DNA from: a virus
Taxonomy: Duplodnaviria > Heunggongvirae > Uroviricota > Caudoviricetes
Length of the DNA: 57,417 nt
IMG/VR virus record: IMGVR_UViG_3300028454_000679
Reading direction: 5' to 3' (one strand)
Position numbers and translations under genes: made by a program. Each line of letters begins with the position of its first letter. Position 1 is the stretch's first letter. Below, one piece after another: positions 17,477 through 27,500 of the stretch. The notes beneath the pieces are model-generated. The model was given only the letters and a program-made list of their open reading frames with translations, was not told where the DNA came from and did not search any database.

Positions 17477-17989
17477 TCATTCACACATACGTTTCTCCGC
17501 TTTATCACAAAAACATGAACAGTCCGTAAAAACACCATTCACCTTTCTCATGACCTTTTGATTTGTAGAGCCTGCCCATTCATACTGAACACTTGCTAGA
17601 GACTCTATAAACTTTCCGGTTACAAAAACATCGACATACTTTGCAATAGGCAAAGATTCAACATCCTCAAAAGAATACCCAGTGTAACACCAAATACTCT
17701 TATTTGGTAGTAACTCCTTTACCCTCGTAGCAATCCTAAACGTTTCCTCACGATTGTGTAAAGCAAGAGGGTCTCCGCCTGAAAGAGTAAGTCCAGAGCA
17801 GTAAGGCTGCTTCAGACACTCTAAAAGTTCCTTGAAGACACTATCCGTGAATAGGCTACCAGCTGTAAAAGAGTGAGTACTTGGATTGTGACACCCTTTA
17901 CAGTTATGCTCACATCCTGCAACCCATAAAATAGTCCGAAGACCATCCCCGTTGAGCATTGAATTCTCTTCAATACCAACATAATTCAT
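17477..17989 (-). CDS. nrdG: anaerobic ribonucleotide reductase activating radical SAM protein
   Basis: NGDGLRTILWVAGCEHNCKGCHNP (CxxxCxxC), GLTLSGGDPL, IWCYTGY, GSTNQ. Confidence 0.92.
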   Translation of the reverse strand: MNYVGIEENSMLNGDGLRTILWVAGCEHNCKGCHNPSTHSFTAGSLFTDSVFKELLECLKQPYCSGLTLSGGDPLALHNREETFRIATRVKELLPNKSIWCYTGYSFEDVESLPIAKYVDVFVTGKFIESLASVQYEWAGSTNQKVMRKVNGVFTDCSCFCDKAEKRMCE

Positions 17990-18080
17990 AATAACACCTC
18001 ACATTTCTAATTTATTATAGAATTGAGGTGAACCAACTTTGGTATCCATACAAATTTAAAATACATAATAAATTAGCTAA

Positions 18081-18368
18081 CTAGCTGTCTCGAATAGCCA
18101 ACTTATAATAACTCTTAAGATTTTCCGTTGGTGATAGTAGAGCTTCTATTGACATTTCCTCTAGACAATATTCATCTAGCTGTTCAGCTGTTAACTCTGC
18201 AATGGTCTGTAAATCATAGTCCTGCAATCTGCAGAGAGAGTAATTACATACAAGCTCACCACATCTGTATACTCTAAAATACACCAAACCATGGACAAGG
18301 CATGCCATTCCGACTGCATTTCCACGTACAACAGTGCTTAAGATTTTGCTGCAACCATTCTGTAACAT
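18081..18368 (-). CDS. hypothetical protein
   Basis: 95 aa, immediately downstream of the VirB4-like gene. Confidence 0.55.
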   Translation of the reverse strand: MLQNGCSKILSTVVRGNAVGMACLVHGLVYFRVYRCGELVCNYSLCRLQDYDLQTIAELTAEQLDEYCLEEMSIEALLSPTENLKSYYKLAIRDS

Positions 18369-18369
18369 T

Positions 18370-20349
18370 CTACTCTTCCTTTCCTGTGAAGTCTAAAGAC
18401 GTTCTTGTCTCAAACTGTTCTGCCATTTCCTTGGGGACAACAGCTTTGATAATTGCTTTGTTTATATCCTTTCCAGTATCATACTGAATCGCAAAACAAT
18501 TCTGGTACTCCCCGTCATCATGGCTGATAAGATTCATATAATCTGTAATCATACCGCAGTCAAAATTTTCTGAAAGTGCTTTTATATCATCGTCTACAAC
18601 ATGCCCAACAATCTTAGTTGTAATATTTGATTTTATCGGACCAAAATCCTCTGAAGTACTAAAAGCAGATACAGCGTTCAAGAGCAGAAACACAGTCAAG
18701 TTATTAGAACGAGAACCTGTAACATTTTGCGAGATAGCATTTACAAGATTTCCAAATGCTGCTGACCTTTGTAACTCTTCATAAAATGCTGCTGTGTGCA
18801 AACCATGTCTGCGACGCACTGTATGCTTCTTTCCATCTAGGAACTGCACCATAAACACTCTTAACGAATCAAGCGTATTCAGAACTTCACCTTGGTTCTT
18901 GTTGAAATCGTAAACCACTCCAGGGCTCTCCAGAATATCTGCAACTGTCAATTCATTCTTGAAAGCGCTTGCGTAACGTCCCTCTGGCATAAAGTAAGCT
19001 GATGTTCTAACACGTATAAGCTTACACAACTTCTTCTGCTCCTCAGTGTAAGATCTAGTAGACTCCAGGGTAGTAATAACATCGAGCACATCACGGTAAG
19101 TGAGACTAGCCGTTCTCTTAAAAGACTTAGGATTGTCTCTATAAACCTTATGTGATGAGAATACCTTTGAAACTGCTGTATCAAGAATGGCACGCAAATC
19201 AGAAACAGAGCCCTCATTAGATGCTAAGTTGGTTGCAATCTCGAATAGATTACACGTACCTGTAACAGCGGTGTCATAATAGAACCCTGCTTCATCATCA
19301 GGCACAGCTATATCATCAAGCCGCAGTGTATTAACAAATCGTGCATTATCACCAGACATATTAATTACAACCGTCTTTACATAAGGACTAAGCTTACACC
19401 ATTCTCCTCCCTTTATATCTATAGCAGACCAATGTATGCCAATAGCTGCTAGATTCACTGCGGTCATAAAAGCCATAAAAGTCTTTCCAAAACCAGATTG
19501 AGCTATCAGCATAACTACCTGTGCAGAGCCTGAAGAGAAAAAGTCAATAAAGAAAGGCATCTTCGATTGCCAATCAAGTCCAAGTAAGAGTGGACCTGAG
19601 CCAACGATACCTTTAGTTTTGTAAGGTAAAATAGATGCCAAGTTATCTGAGGAGAAGAAAACATTACTAAACTTCCTCGATAAGTTAGACTGGTCAACAG
19701 CAGGCGTCATACCAGAGAGATACTCAAAGATACTGCCACCTAGTTTCTGCACAGACAGACCTGCTTTACCACACACATTTGACAATTCCTTAAAGTATGC
19801 ATCTATAATTCGTTTATCCTTTGCAGTAGCCTGTACAAAAAGATGCCCCGCCATAAAAGGATTTCCAGACATAACAGACTTGTAAACGTAGGTGTAACTA
19901 TCGTAAAGGTACTTCCTTGCCTCCAACTCTGACTTGGTTATTGAAATAGTACCCTGCGATGTGTAAGAACGATATCCTGTAAGCTGTTCGTCTGTAGACA
20001 ATGAATCAAAAGCCTGCTTATAGGCACTGTAATTCTCACTAACAGAGTTCAAGATACCCTTAAACTCATCAGATTGTACGTTAATATTCAAAGGCTTCAG
20101 GTAATAGTGTACAATCGTGTCAACATCCGGAAATGCTTGAAACATTTTATCCCGAATAAGTTGGGTGAGATTCAAGTCAAAATCGCCTGGAAAGTCACTA
20201 ACAGTGAACACACACGAGATACCTTTTGAGGTTATATACCTATCGTAAAGATACTTCAGACCAACAAGACTTACGTTTGTATTCAAGACAAGTCGTCCAT
20301 TACTAATCTTGTTGGCTATATACTCAGCATAAATATCAAACTTAGACAT
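18370..20349 (-). CDS. VirB4/ConE-like conjugation ATPase
   Basis: LLGLD...PFFIDFF, MLIAQSGFGKT (Walker A), AIDIKGGE, AAFYEELQ (Walker B-like), IKSNITTKIVG; HerA/FtsK-type layout. Confidence 0.75.
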   Translation of the reverse strand: MSKFDIYAEYIANKISNGRLVLNTNVSLVGLKYLYDRYITSKGISCVFTVSDFPGDFDLNLTQLIRDKMFQAFPDVDTIVHYYLKPLNINVQSDEFKGILNSVSENYSAYKQAFDSLSTDEQLTGYRSYTSQGTISITKSELEARKYLYDSYTYVYKSVMSGNPFMAGHLFVQATAKDKRIIDAYFKELSNVCGKAGLSVQKLGGSIFEYLSGMTPAVDQSNLSRKFSNVFFSSDNLASILPYKTKGIVGSGPLLLGLDWQSKMPFFIDFFSSGSAQVVMLIAQSGFGKTFMAFMTAVNLAAIGIHWSAIDIKGGEWCKLSPYVKTVVINMSGDNARFVNTLRLDDIAVPDDEAGFYYDTAVTGTCNLFEIATNLASNEGSVSDLRAILDTAVSKVFSSHKVYRDNPKSFKRTASLTYRDVLDVITTLESTRSYTEEQKKLCKLIRVRTSAYFMPEGRYASAFKNELTVADILESPGVVYDFNKNQGEVLNTLDSLRVFMVQFLDGKKHTVRRRHGLHTAAFYEELQRSAAFGNLVNAISQNVTGSRSNNLTVFLLLNAVSAFSTSEDFGPIKSNITTKIVGHVVDDDIKALSENFDCGMITDYMNLISHDDGEYQNCFAIQYDTGKDINKAIIKAVVPKEMAEQFETRTSLDFTGKEE

Positions 20350-21590
20350 TAAATACCTCCGAACACTAATTCAGCTTGTCGTAGAATACCTGTAACAGTG
20401 TCACTTGCAGACAGTCGCATAAACTGTGACTGTGCACTCTCTTCCTTATTAGAGAATTCCCATGTTTTCACACCTTCTGGAGCACCATCTGCAAATGCCT
20501 TATCCAAAACTACAACATCATTAGGTAGCTTAAATCGTACTGCTGCAGAGTAGTCCCGACAGATGCCTAAATGCAAAGGAGCTGATGGCATAACAAGATC
20601 ATCGCTACCCTTACAGTCAAGTACAATAAGGTAGTCAACATTCTCTACATTATTTAAAAGTATATCAAACAACTTATTATAATCACCTGACTTAACAACA
20701 TACTGATTATTCAATACGTCTAGCGTGTTATACTTCGGTCCAAGCTGTTTGTAGTACTTCGGCATATTCATATAACGTAAATTATCAATCGAGTCAAACA
20801 GAGCCACAACCTTTACAATCTTCTGATACTGTAAAGTTAAGGTCTGGACAAGCGTTTGGATAAGTTGATACTCTCCGTAGATTTCTTGATACTCTTTAAA
20901 GTAAATGATCTTCGGGGGATTCTGATAGTTGTCAGCAAAAATCTTATTAGCTACCTCATTTGCAAAAAGGTTACTATACTTCTCAATAATCCTTGACTGT
21001 TCCAAAACATCATCGCAGAAAAGCACATACTGCTTAGCTATCTCTGACATACGCTCATCAAAAGCATTTTTAGCCTCTACTGTCTTTTGCAACTCTTTAA
21101 CAACAGTTGCATAGTCATTCTCTAAAATACCTTCCTGTGCTGCGAAGTCTTTAGCACATTTAGCTAACTCCACAGCTACGCTATCATTTGTCTCGGATTT
21201 TAAAACTTCATCTGCAAGCTGCACAAGTCTCGGACTACAATCCTCATTTCTGGTACTCTCATTGTAAATAGCTGATTGGAGAAGTTTAACACTTAAATCA
21301 GCGTAAGAGCATTGATAATGACGTACAAAATCGTAGATAATATTAAAAGAGGAATCTTGATACAAATGAATTACCTCAATACCCGAAGTCTTGCAAAAGA
21401 ACCGCAACTTATTGTAATTACTGTACTTTATATAAGCATCTAAAACAAATACGGTAGATGCCTTATGCTTTTCTATATTTATTTCATCAATATCCTGCAC
21501 AATCTCTACACCAGACAACAGTAGGATATTAACATCAAAACGAACAGTCTTCCTTGAATCCCTGTCATAAACTAAAATGCATTTATTCAT
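20349..21590 (-). CDS. hypothetical protein with central coiled coil (transfer locus)
   Basis: 413 aa; translationally coupled between the MinD-like and VirB4-like genes. Confidence 0.75.
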   Translation of the reverse strand: MNKCILVYDRDSRKTVRFDVNILLLSGVEIVQDIDEINIEKHKASTVFVLDAYIKYSNYNKLRFFCKTSGIEVIHLYQDSSFNIIYDFVRHYQCSYADLSVKLLQSAIYNESTRNEDCSPRLVQLADEVLKSETNDSVAVELAKCAKDFAAQEGILENDYATVVKELQKTVEAKNAFDERMSEIAKQYVLFCDDVLEQSRIIEKYSNLFANEVANKIFADNYQNPPKIIYFKEYQEIYGEYQLIQTLVQTLTLQYQKIVKVVALFDSIDNLRYMNMPKYYKQLGPKYNTLDVLNNQYVVKSGDYNKLFDILLNNVENVDYLIVLDCKGSDDLVMPSAPLHLGICRDYSAAVRFKLPNDVVVLDKAFADGAPEGVKTWEFSNKEESAQSQFMRLSASDTVTGILRQAELVFGGI

Positions 21591-22827
21591 TCGTAATACC
21601 TAATACCTTTCTGTAAAAGTCTGAACTCAATACTAAGTTATCAAAATGCTTACTGCCTATAATTTTCGCTGAGCCTAACTTCTCCTTCAGTGTGCTAACT
21701 GGTACAGCATTAAATTGTGCAGCATCGTCAGCGAGGGCGACAATCGTTGTGTTGCTGTAAAGAGAAGCACACTTCTCAACCTCAGTCAGATAGAGATGGG
21801 TTAAGTAAAGAGTCTTGTCATAACAAAGATACTTTTGCGTTTCTTCATAGAAGTCAGTTTCACATAAAATAAGTAAGTAGTCGTATTTCTTACTAGCAGT
21901 AAGCACCTTGTTCACAAGAAGTAACGCGTCATCCGCACCGATAGAAAGTATACTAATACCAGTCGGGTCCTCATCTGGCTCTTTACCCAAATCCTTTACA
22001 TCAATAACATTGTAGCTAGCAGATACAGTGCTAATAATACTGTAAACATCAGCATTCTTTGTCATATCTGCTAATAGTACAGACTTGTTAGCTGCATACA
22101 TAGAAAGAGTTAAAACAGATGACCACACACTCTTTCCTGACATACCTGCACCTGTGACACAGATACACGTCGCCTTACTATGGTCGGACAATGCAGGGGC
22201 ATCCATATTGGTGTATGCTCGTGTTACTGCTGCAGCCTCAATATTCTCCTCATTGTAAAATGGTTGGAGTCCCTCTAAATGATTGCGATGCTCCTCAAGA
22301 TGCCCTAAATCATAAGGAAGAATTACCTTGTCTGGATCCTCTAAGTAATCATAGGCAGTTGTAGCAGTCACACCACGCTCCACCTTGTAGACATGCATAA
22401 TGACATTATCCACATTCTGCTCAGATGACCTGTTCAGCAGTACATTGTAAATGGAGTCAAAAGTCAACTCCTTACCAACATTCTTTGTGTAACTGTTTAT
22501 TCCGGACTGCTTCGACATGATAGTATTGAAATACTGAAGCATCATAGGGTCTACACCCTCTGAGTAAACAAACACTACTTCGGAGACTTGAAAAAAGGCA
22601 TTGTTGCTTAGAATACTATGCAATGACTGCATATCTGAGCGTACAAGTTGAATATCATCAGGGCAGACATAAAGTAACTTGTCCACTTTGATAATCTGAT
22701 TCTCTGTCTGCTTAAGAGCCTCTGTCATATTCTCATACTTATAAGGCACATCAAAAGCACCTTTAGAATTTAAGAAAGAGGCAATATTACTTAAGTCCTT
22801 ATTAGATACTAGAAATAATTTAATCAT
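21583..22827 (-). CDS. receiver-like + MinD/ParA-type ATPase (CpaE/TadZ-like)
   Basis: N-terminal alpha/beta receiver-like pattern; ICVTGAGMSGKS, KSVLLADM, YDYLLI. Confidence 0.6.
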   Translation of the reverse strand: MIKLFLVSNKDLSNIASFLNSKGAFDVPYKYENMTEALKQTENQIIKVDKLLYVCPDDIQLVRSDMQSLHSILSNNAFFQVSEVVFVYSEGVDPMMLQYFNTIMSKQSGINSYTKNVGKELTFDSIYNVLLNRSSEQNVDNVIMHVYKVERGVTATTAYDYLEDPDKVILPYDLGHLEEHRNHLEGLQPFYNEENIEAAAVTRAYTNMDAPALSDHSKATCICVTGAGMSGKSVWSSVLTLSMYAANKSVLLADMTKNADVYSIISTVSASYNVIDVKDLGKEPDEDPTGISILSIGADDALLLVNKVLTASKKYDYLLILCETDFYEETQKYLCYDKTLYLTHLYLTEVEKCASLYSNTTIVALADDAAQFNAVPVSTLKEKLGSAKIIGSKHFDNLVLSSDFYRKVLGITNE

Positions 22828-23810
22828 AATTCACCGCCTGTTTTAATTCCATGAAGTTCTTTTAAGTATGGTTCAAGTCTATTGTAAGTTTGTCTCTCAC
22901 CTTTAAGAATAACTGGGGAGCATACCTTTACATACTTGTCCAAATTCTCAGCTATTCTTGATGACTGTAATAAATTATGGTCAATAACTGGGACATGGTA
23001 AAATCGTTTGTAAAATTCCAGAATACCAATCTCAGATAAGTTCAGAACCTTGCATGACCGAACAGCGCATTTAGAGCGATTCATCTCATCCAGTATCTGT
23101 GGCAAGATTCTTTGCATATCATAAAGGTCTGCCATAGTGGATGCTGTTAAGGTAAAATAGACTTGATTAACATTACATGACTGTTCTGTTTCCTCTAGTA
23201 CAGCCTGAGCAATAGAAACAGCTGCACCACGTAAAGCTGGGGAATCTATAGTATTCAAAACATTCAAATAGTTTTGATAGTTTTCATTAGCACTAAAATT
23301 CTCTGGGAGTATAGAGCACTGAAGGGTATAGTTAAAATCGCAGCACTTACGAACTAAAGACTTGAAAACGGCTCGTGTGTTTCTAGCACGCATTTCATCA
23401 TTCGCACCAAAAGATACTTCCAAAATAACAAAAGGTTTTCCATCTAATTTCTCATAGATATTATATGTTTCCTTCCCGTAAGTGAAAGGATGCGCGATAT
23501 CACTACGCACATTAAGAAAACGTGCAAAGGACTCGTTGGCACGATCGTCATACTCAGCAAGCTTTGCATCCTCATCGAAGATAACAAAGCGGAAAACAAA
23601 AATACCAACAAGTATGCCTACAGCACCAAATGCAACGATGGCCCAAATAAAAGGCAGATGTAGTACAGCATGACAAACGTAAAAGGAGATACCCAAGAGA
23701 GCTATAGCTCCCAGGATAAGTCCTGTACGCAAAAACTCTCTTTTCGTCTCACTTGACATAACACCTCGGTTATTTACAATATACTCATACACAATAGTTG
23801 ATGGGAACAT
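22824..23810 (-). CDS. membrane protein with 2 TM and a cytoplasmic domain (VirB3/PrgI-like position)
   Basis: Two N-terminal TMs; GAGGGG RBS before MFPST; upstream of the VirB4-like gene. Confidence 0.65.
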   Translation of the reverse strand: MFPSTIVYEYIVNNRGVMSSETKREFLRTGLILGAIALLGISFYVCHAVLHLPFIWAIVAFGAVGILVGIFVFRFVIFDEDAKLAEYDDRANESFARFLNVRSDIAHPFTYGKETYNIYEKLDGKPFVILEVSFGANDEMRARNTRAVFKSLVRKCCDFNYTLQCSILPENFSANENYQNYLNVLNTIDSPALRGAAVSIAQAVLEETEQSCNVNQVYFTLTASTMADLYDMQRILPQILDEMNRSKCAVRSCKVLNLSEIGILEFYKRFYHVPVIDHNLLQSSRIAENLDKYVKVCSPVILKGERQTYNRLEPYLKELHGIKTGGEL

Positions 23811-23829
23811 ATTACCCCTCCAATTCATT

Positions 23830-24483
23830 CTAATCCTTAAATTCTGACTCCTGTGATTCATTTAAGATATTCGCAACCTGCTCAGCATACTTTACAAATC
23901 TCTTGTAAATAACTTGCCACTGTTTCTCAGACAGACACTCATACCCTTGCGTGAATGCAACTCTAGCCATAGCAGACATAAATTTAGCATCAGGTTTATT
24001 AAAACCTCTATTGTTATGATGCTTTGTTTCATAAGACTTCTTTTCATCTTCAGTCTGGTAGTTAAAAAGCAACTGAGTCCATTCAATAAGTTTTTTGCGT
24101 GCTTCTTCAGGTTTAAATGACCCATCAACACGACTTAACACATACTCTTTTGTATAATAAATGAGACCATCTGCTGTACGTAACTTGGTACGGTCTGTAC
24201 GCTTCAGAGATTTCAATTGGTCTACATTCCATTCCGGCAAAATATACAAAGCTTTCTGTCTATCAGCATGCTTCTCAACTACATTGTAAAGTTTGGGGAA
24301 ACGTCTGACGCGTACATTTTGCATAGGGACAAGTTTCATTTGCCGTACTTTCTTTGCATCCGTTGCACACAGATGAAGTACAGCCTTACTTTTCTTACTT
24401 TTCTTGTCAATTAAACATATGGTGTATCTATTAGCATGATCTGTAATCTCACAACCACAACAATCACAAAAGAATCTTCTCAT
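23830..24483 (-). CDS. hypothetical protein: N-terminal Zn-finger-like + phage-type N..GF...DA...LS.KQ...KY..Q domain
   Basis: CDCCG...HLC; QTEDE...NNRGFNKPDA...LSEKQ...KYAEQ; GAGGT RBS. Confidence 0.7.
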   Translation of the reverse strand: MRRFFCDCCGCEITDHANRYTICLIDKKSKKSKAVLHLCATDAKKVRQMKLVPMQNVRVRRFPKLYNVVEKHADRQKALYILPEWNVDQLKSLKRTDRTKLRTADGLIYYTKEYVLSRVDGSFKPEEARKKLIEWTQLLFNYQTEDEKKSYETKHHNNRGFNKPDAKFMSAMARVAFTQGYECLSEKQWQVIYKRFVKYAEQVANILNESQESEFKD

Positions 24484-24498
24484 AGTAATACCTCAATC

Positions 24499-24530
24499 AA
24501 AAAGACCCCCAGCACTGAACTGGGGGTCTT
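24499..24530 (-). terminator. Rho-independent terminator after the giant-protein operon
   Basis: Minus strand AAGACCCCCAG-loop-CTGGGGGTCTT followed by TTT. Confidence 0.85.
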
Positions 24531-24534
24531 ACTT

Positions 24535-27500
24535 TTAATTATACTTATTGCTGTCTTTGTAAATATCCTCAAGACTCGAGTCTGACTTGTAAGCGGTGTA
24601 TGCTTGTAAATCATCTGCAACATCTGGAGTCGATACAACCTGCTCAAACTCACCTTTAACATGTTGAGTACGATTCTTGCTAAGTCTGAATCCCTTGAGA
24701 GTGATTCTAGAATTGCCGAATCGTCCTAAGTCCTTCAAGACCGCACGAGCTACTGCCAAATAGATCGCTAGCAGTGCTAAAGACACTAAAGCAAGTACAA
24801 CAGCTTTTATAGTTATAGTTCCTTTAGTAGACATGGTGAACAACACAGCTACTGTTACAAAAGAACCAAGCACACAGATAACTGCTGCTTTTAAGAATCC
24901 GACAAATGTCTCATTTAAAGGCTTATGGGTCATCATGCGGATAAGAACAATAATTACAAATAGATAGTAACCTACAAGGAGCACCACCCTATTAACAACG
25001 CTAAGCAAAAAGATAACAACCATAGCTATATCAGCTAAAACAAGAGTGAACACTCCCTTATTACCAAGATACTCAACAAGGTTATACTCACATGCCTTAA
25101 ACTCTGAATAGTCACTTACAAAGATATTTGTGATAACATCACCTAAACGGTATTCACTATTATTGTAAGCAACTGGGTAAACGTAATTACCCGCCTGTGA
25201 CAGATACTGTGAAAACAGCTGAGTTGCCTTTAAGGCAGTCAACTTAATAATAGTGTCGTCAGAATAGCTGTCCATAACGGTATCAAGCTTGTAGACAAAG
25301 TCCCTAGTATGCATATTCACATAAAATATAAGCTTAGCTAGCTCTTTAGCATCATAGGTGTACTCACGATTGCCTGTCTTGTCAAGGGTGCTCTTGTAAA
25401 TTCCCTTACGTTCCATACTCTGGAACCACACTGTATCTTGGTAGTTAGAACCTTTCTCTAAGACTGTTTCAGTGAGTAATGGGGTTAATCCTAGCCAATC
25501 TTCGTTTGTTCCAAAAGTCTTAGTCAGCTTCTTAGCCAGATTCTTCTGGACTGCCAAGTAGGCATCTTTATCATCCTCAGTCATACCTATAGTATCCAAT
25601 GGTAACTCAGCCTTGTACTTACCCTTTGTGAACACATCAGAGTTAACATAGTCGTACATTAGATACTGGGTACGTGTCTGGGATGTCTTGTACATTGTAG
25701 TTGCTCTTGGAATACTGTAAATCTTTGCGAAAGTATTTAACTTCTTTGTCATACACTCCATAATAGGAACAAATGGGGTGTAGTAATCCAAGTTGTCATC
25801 AACCTCACGGTAAATTACAAGGGATGTTGTTATTGACTTCTTTGATGCCCTGATAGTGATATTGCTAAACAGAGTGCTTAAGTCATACTTCAAGCAGTCA
25901 CCCTCGAGGTAGAAACCAGATTCCTTATCCAGCGGGTATACATTACCTCCAGAAGCGTCAGTAATCTCAACACCGTAACCTTCGTAAGTATCACGCAATT
26001 TCATAATAGGATATCTGTAAACAGTAAGTGAGCCTAAGGAACCGAATTCCATTGATTCACCTATCTGTGTTTCTGCTTCTGTACCAATCATACTTGATGT
26101 AAACGAGTTAGCAACATCATTAGACAGTAGATTGTAGTAAAACTGACCATAAACTGGTAGTCCCACAAGTAGTAGCAGTGACGCTACAAAGGTAGACAAA
26201 AGCATAAACAGAGATGACCTTAGCTTCTCCTGATACCTTAGTATGCAGATTGCACAGATTCCCATAACAAACAGCATAACAATCATCCAATACTGCAAGA
26301 AGTAGTCAGCAACTGTTCCTGTAATAGGGTCTTCGTAAAATGAGTTGATACCCAATACAGACTTTGTACCGCTAAGAGCCTCAAAGATAAAGTTGCTTGC
26401 CTTTTTAGCAGTGGACAACATTCGGTCTGCTGTGTTATTGATAAAGTTGTCATAAGAAACAGACAGACTGTTAAGCAGCGATTGCACAGAAGACGTTCCC
26501 TCAAAGCCGCTTATACCAACATAATGGATAATGTAATTATTATTCAGTCTTCCTAAATCCTTGTAGTTATTCTCTTCCTTAGCAAGGTAACGGTAAAGCC
26601 CACTAGCAATAAGCTTTGCAATAGTGTAGTCAGTGTCCTCCATACTATCATACGGGAAAACAACCGTCTTCTTGTATGCCAAGGAATTAGAGGCAGAGAT
26701 AATTGTATCGCAAAACAGTTCTGAGCCTTCTTCGCTCCAATTATCACTTCCCTGTAAAACATGCCGTTCTGCTTGAAGAATATTAAAACTATCCTTCTCA
26801 TTGTACTCGAACGTGTTATACATAGGAGAAACATCAAGCTCTGAGTTAGTGTCCAAAGTTTGATTACTTAAAATCTTCATAGCCAAAACAGACTCTGGAG
26901 CTTTGCCTTGGTTAAAATTCTGTATAGCATCTGAAGTGGTGTCCACACTATCTGAGTGCAACATAAAAATATACTTACCTACTGAGTTGCGTCCGGAAAC
27001 TCTAAAGTCATTGGTACCTCCGAGCACATTAGGGTAAGTGTTCATAAATGCAGAAGTGAATGGATAGTAAGTATTCTGTGCATAGTACAGTGGATTCGCT
27101 GCAGCTGGCAGAATAACTAAATCATCCTTGTCCACAATATCACCAAACATATTCATATAAAGATATTCTGTATTGGGGTTGTCCACCTCAGAGAGATCTT
27201 TTAAAGTATGAAGTATGTTTGTCATAACAGCTAAAGTGGTGTTATCAACCTTACGATTGTAAGAAGTGCCTGACATAAAGATAGGCTCGTTCATTCGCTT
27301 CTCAGCTGTGATAACATTAGTGACCTGTAAAGTCTCCTTGGGATCTATAGAATCCTCATCGTCTAGAATAGGGTCTGGATTTGTTGACGTTGTTGCATCT
27401 GTTGTAGTATCAGTCGAGCCTTCCTCATTCGTGGCACTCCCAACAGTAGGTGCTTCATTAGAACTACTAGAGTCTGTGTCCCCTGTTAGAGAAAGATCTC

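Noticed and set aside
17990-18080. NrdR box upstream of nrdG
   Set aside because: No convincing match to the acaCwAtATaTwGtg consensus.
18370-21590. Internal S-x-V-F matches (RKFSNVF, TAVSKVF in VirB4; HKASTVF in the 20349 ORF)
   Set aside because: They fall within presumably folded regions and lack the upstream V/L; such matches are expected by chance.
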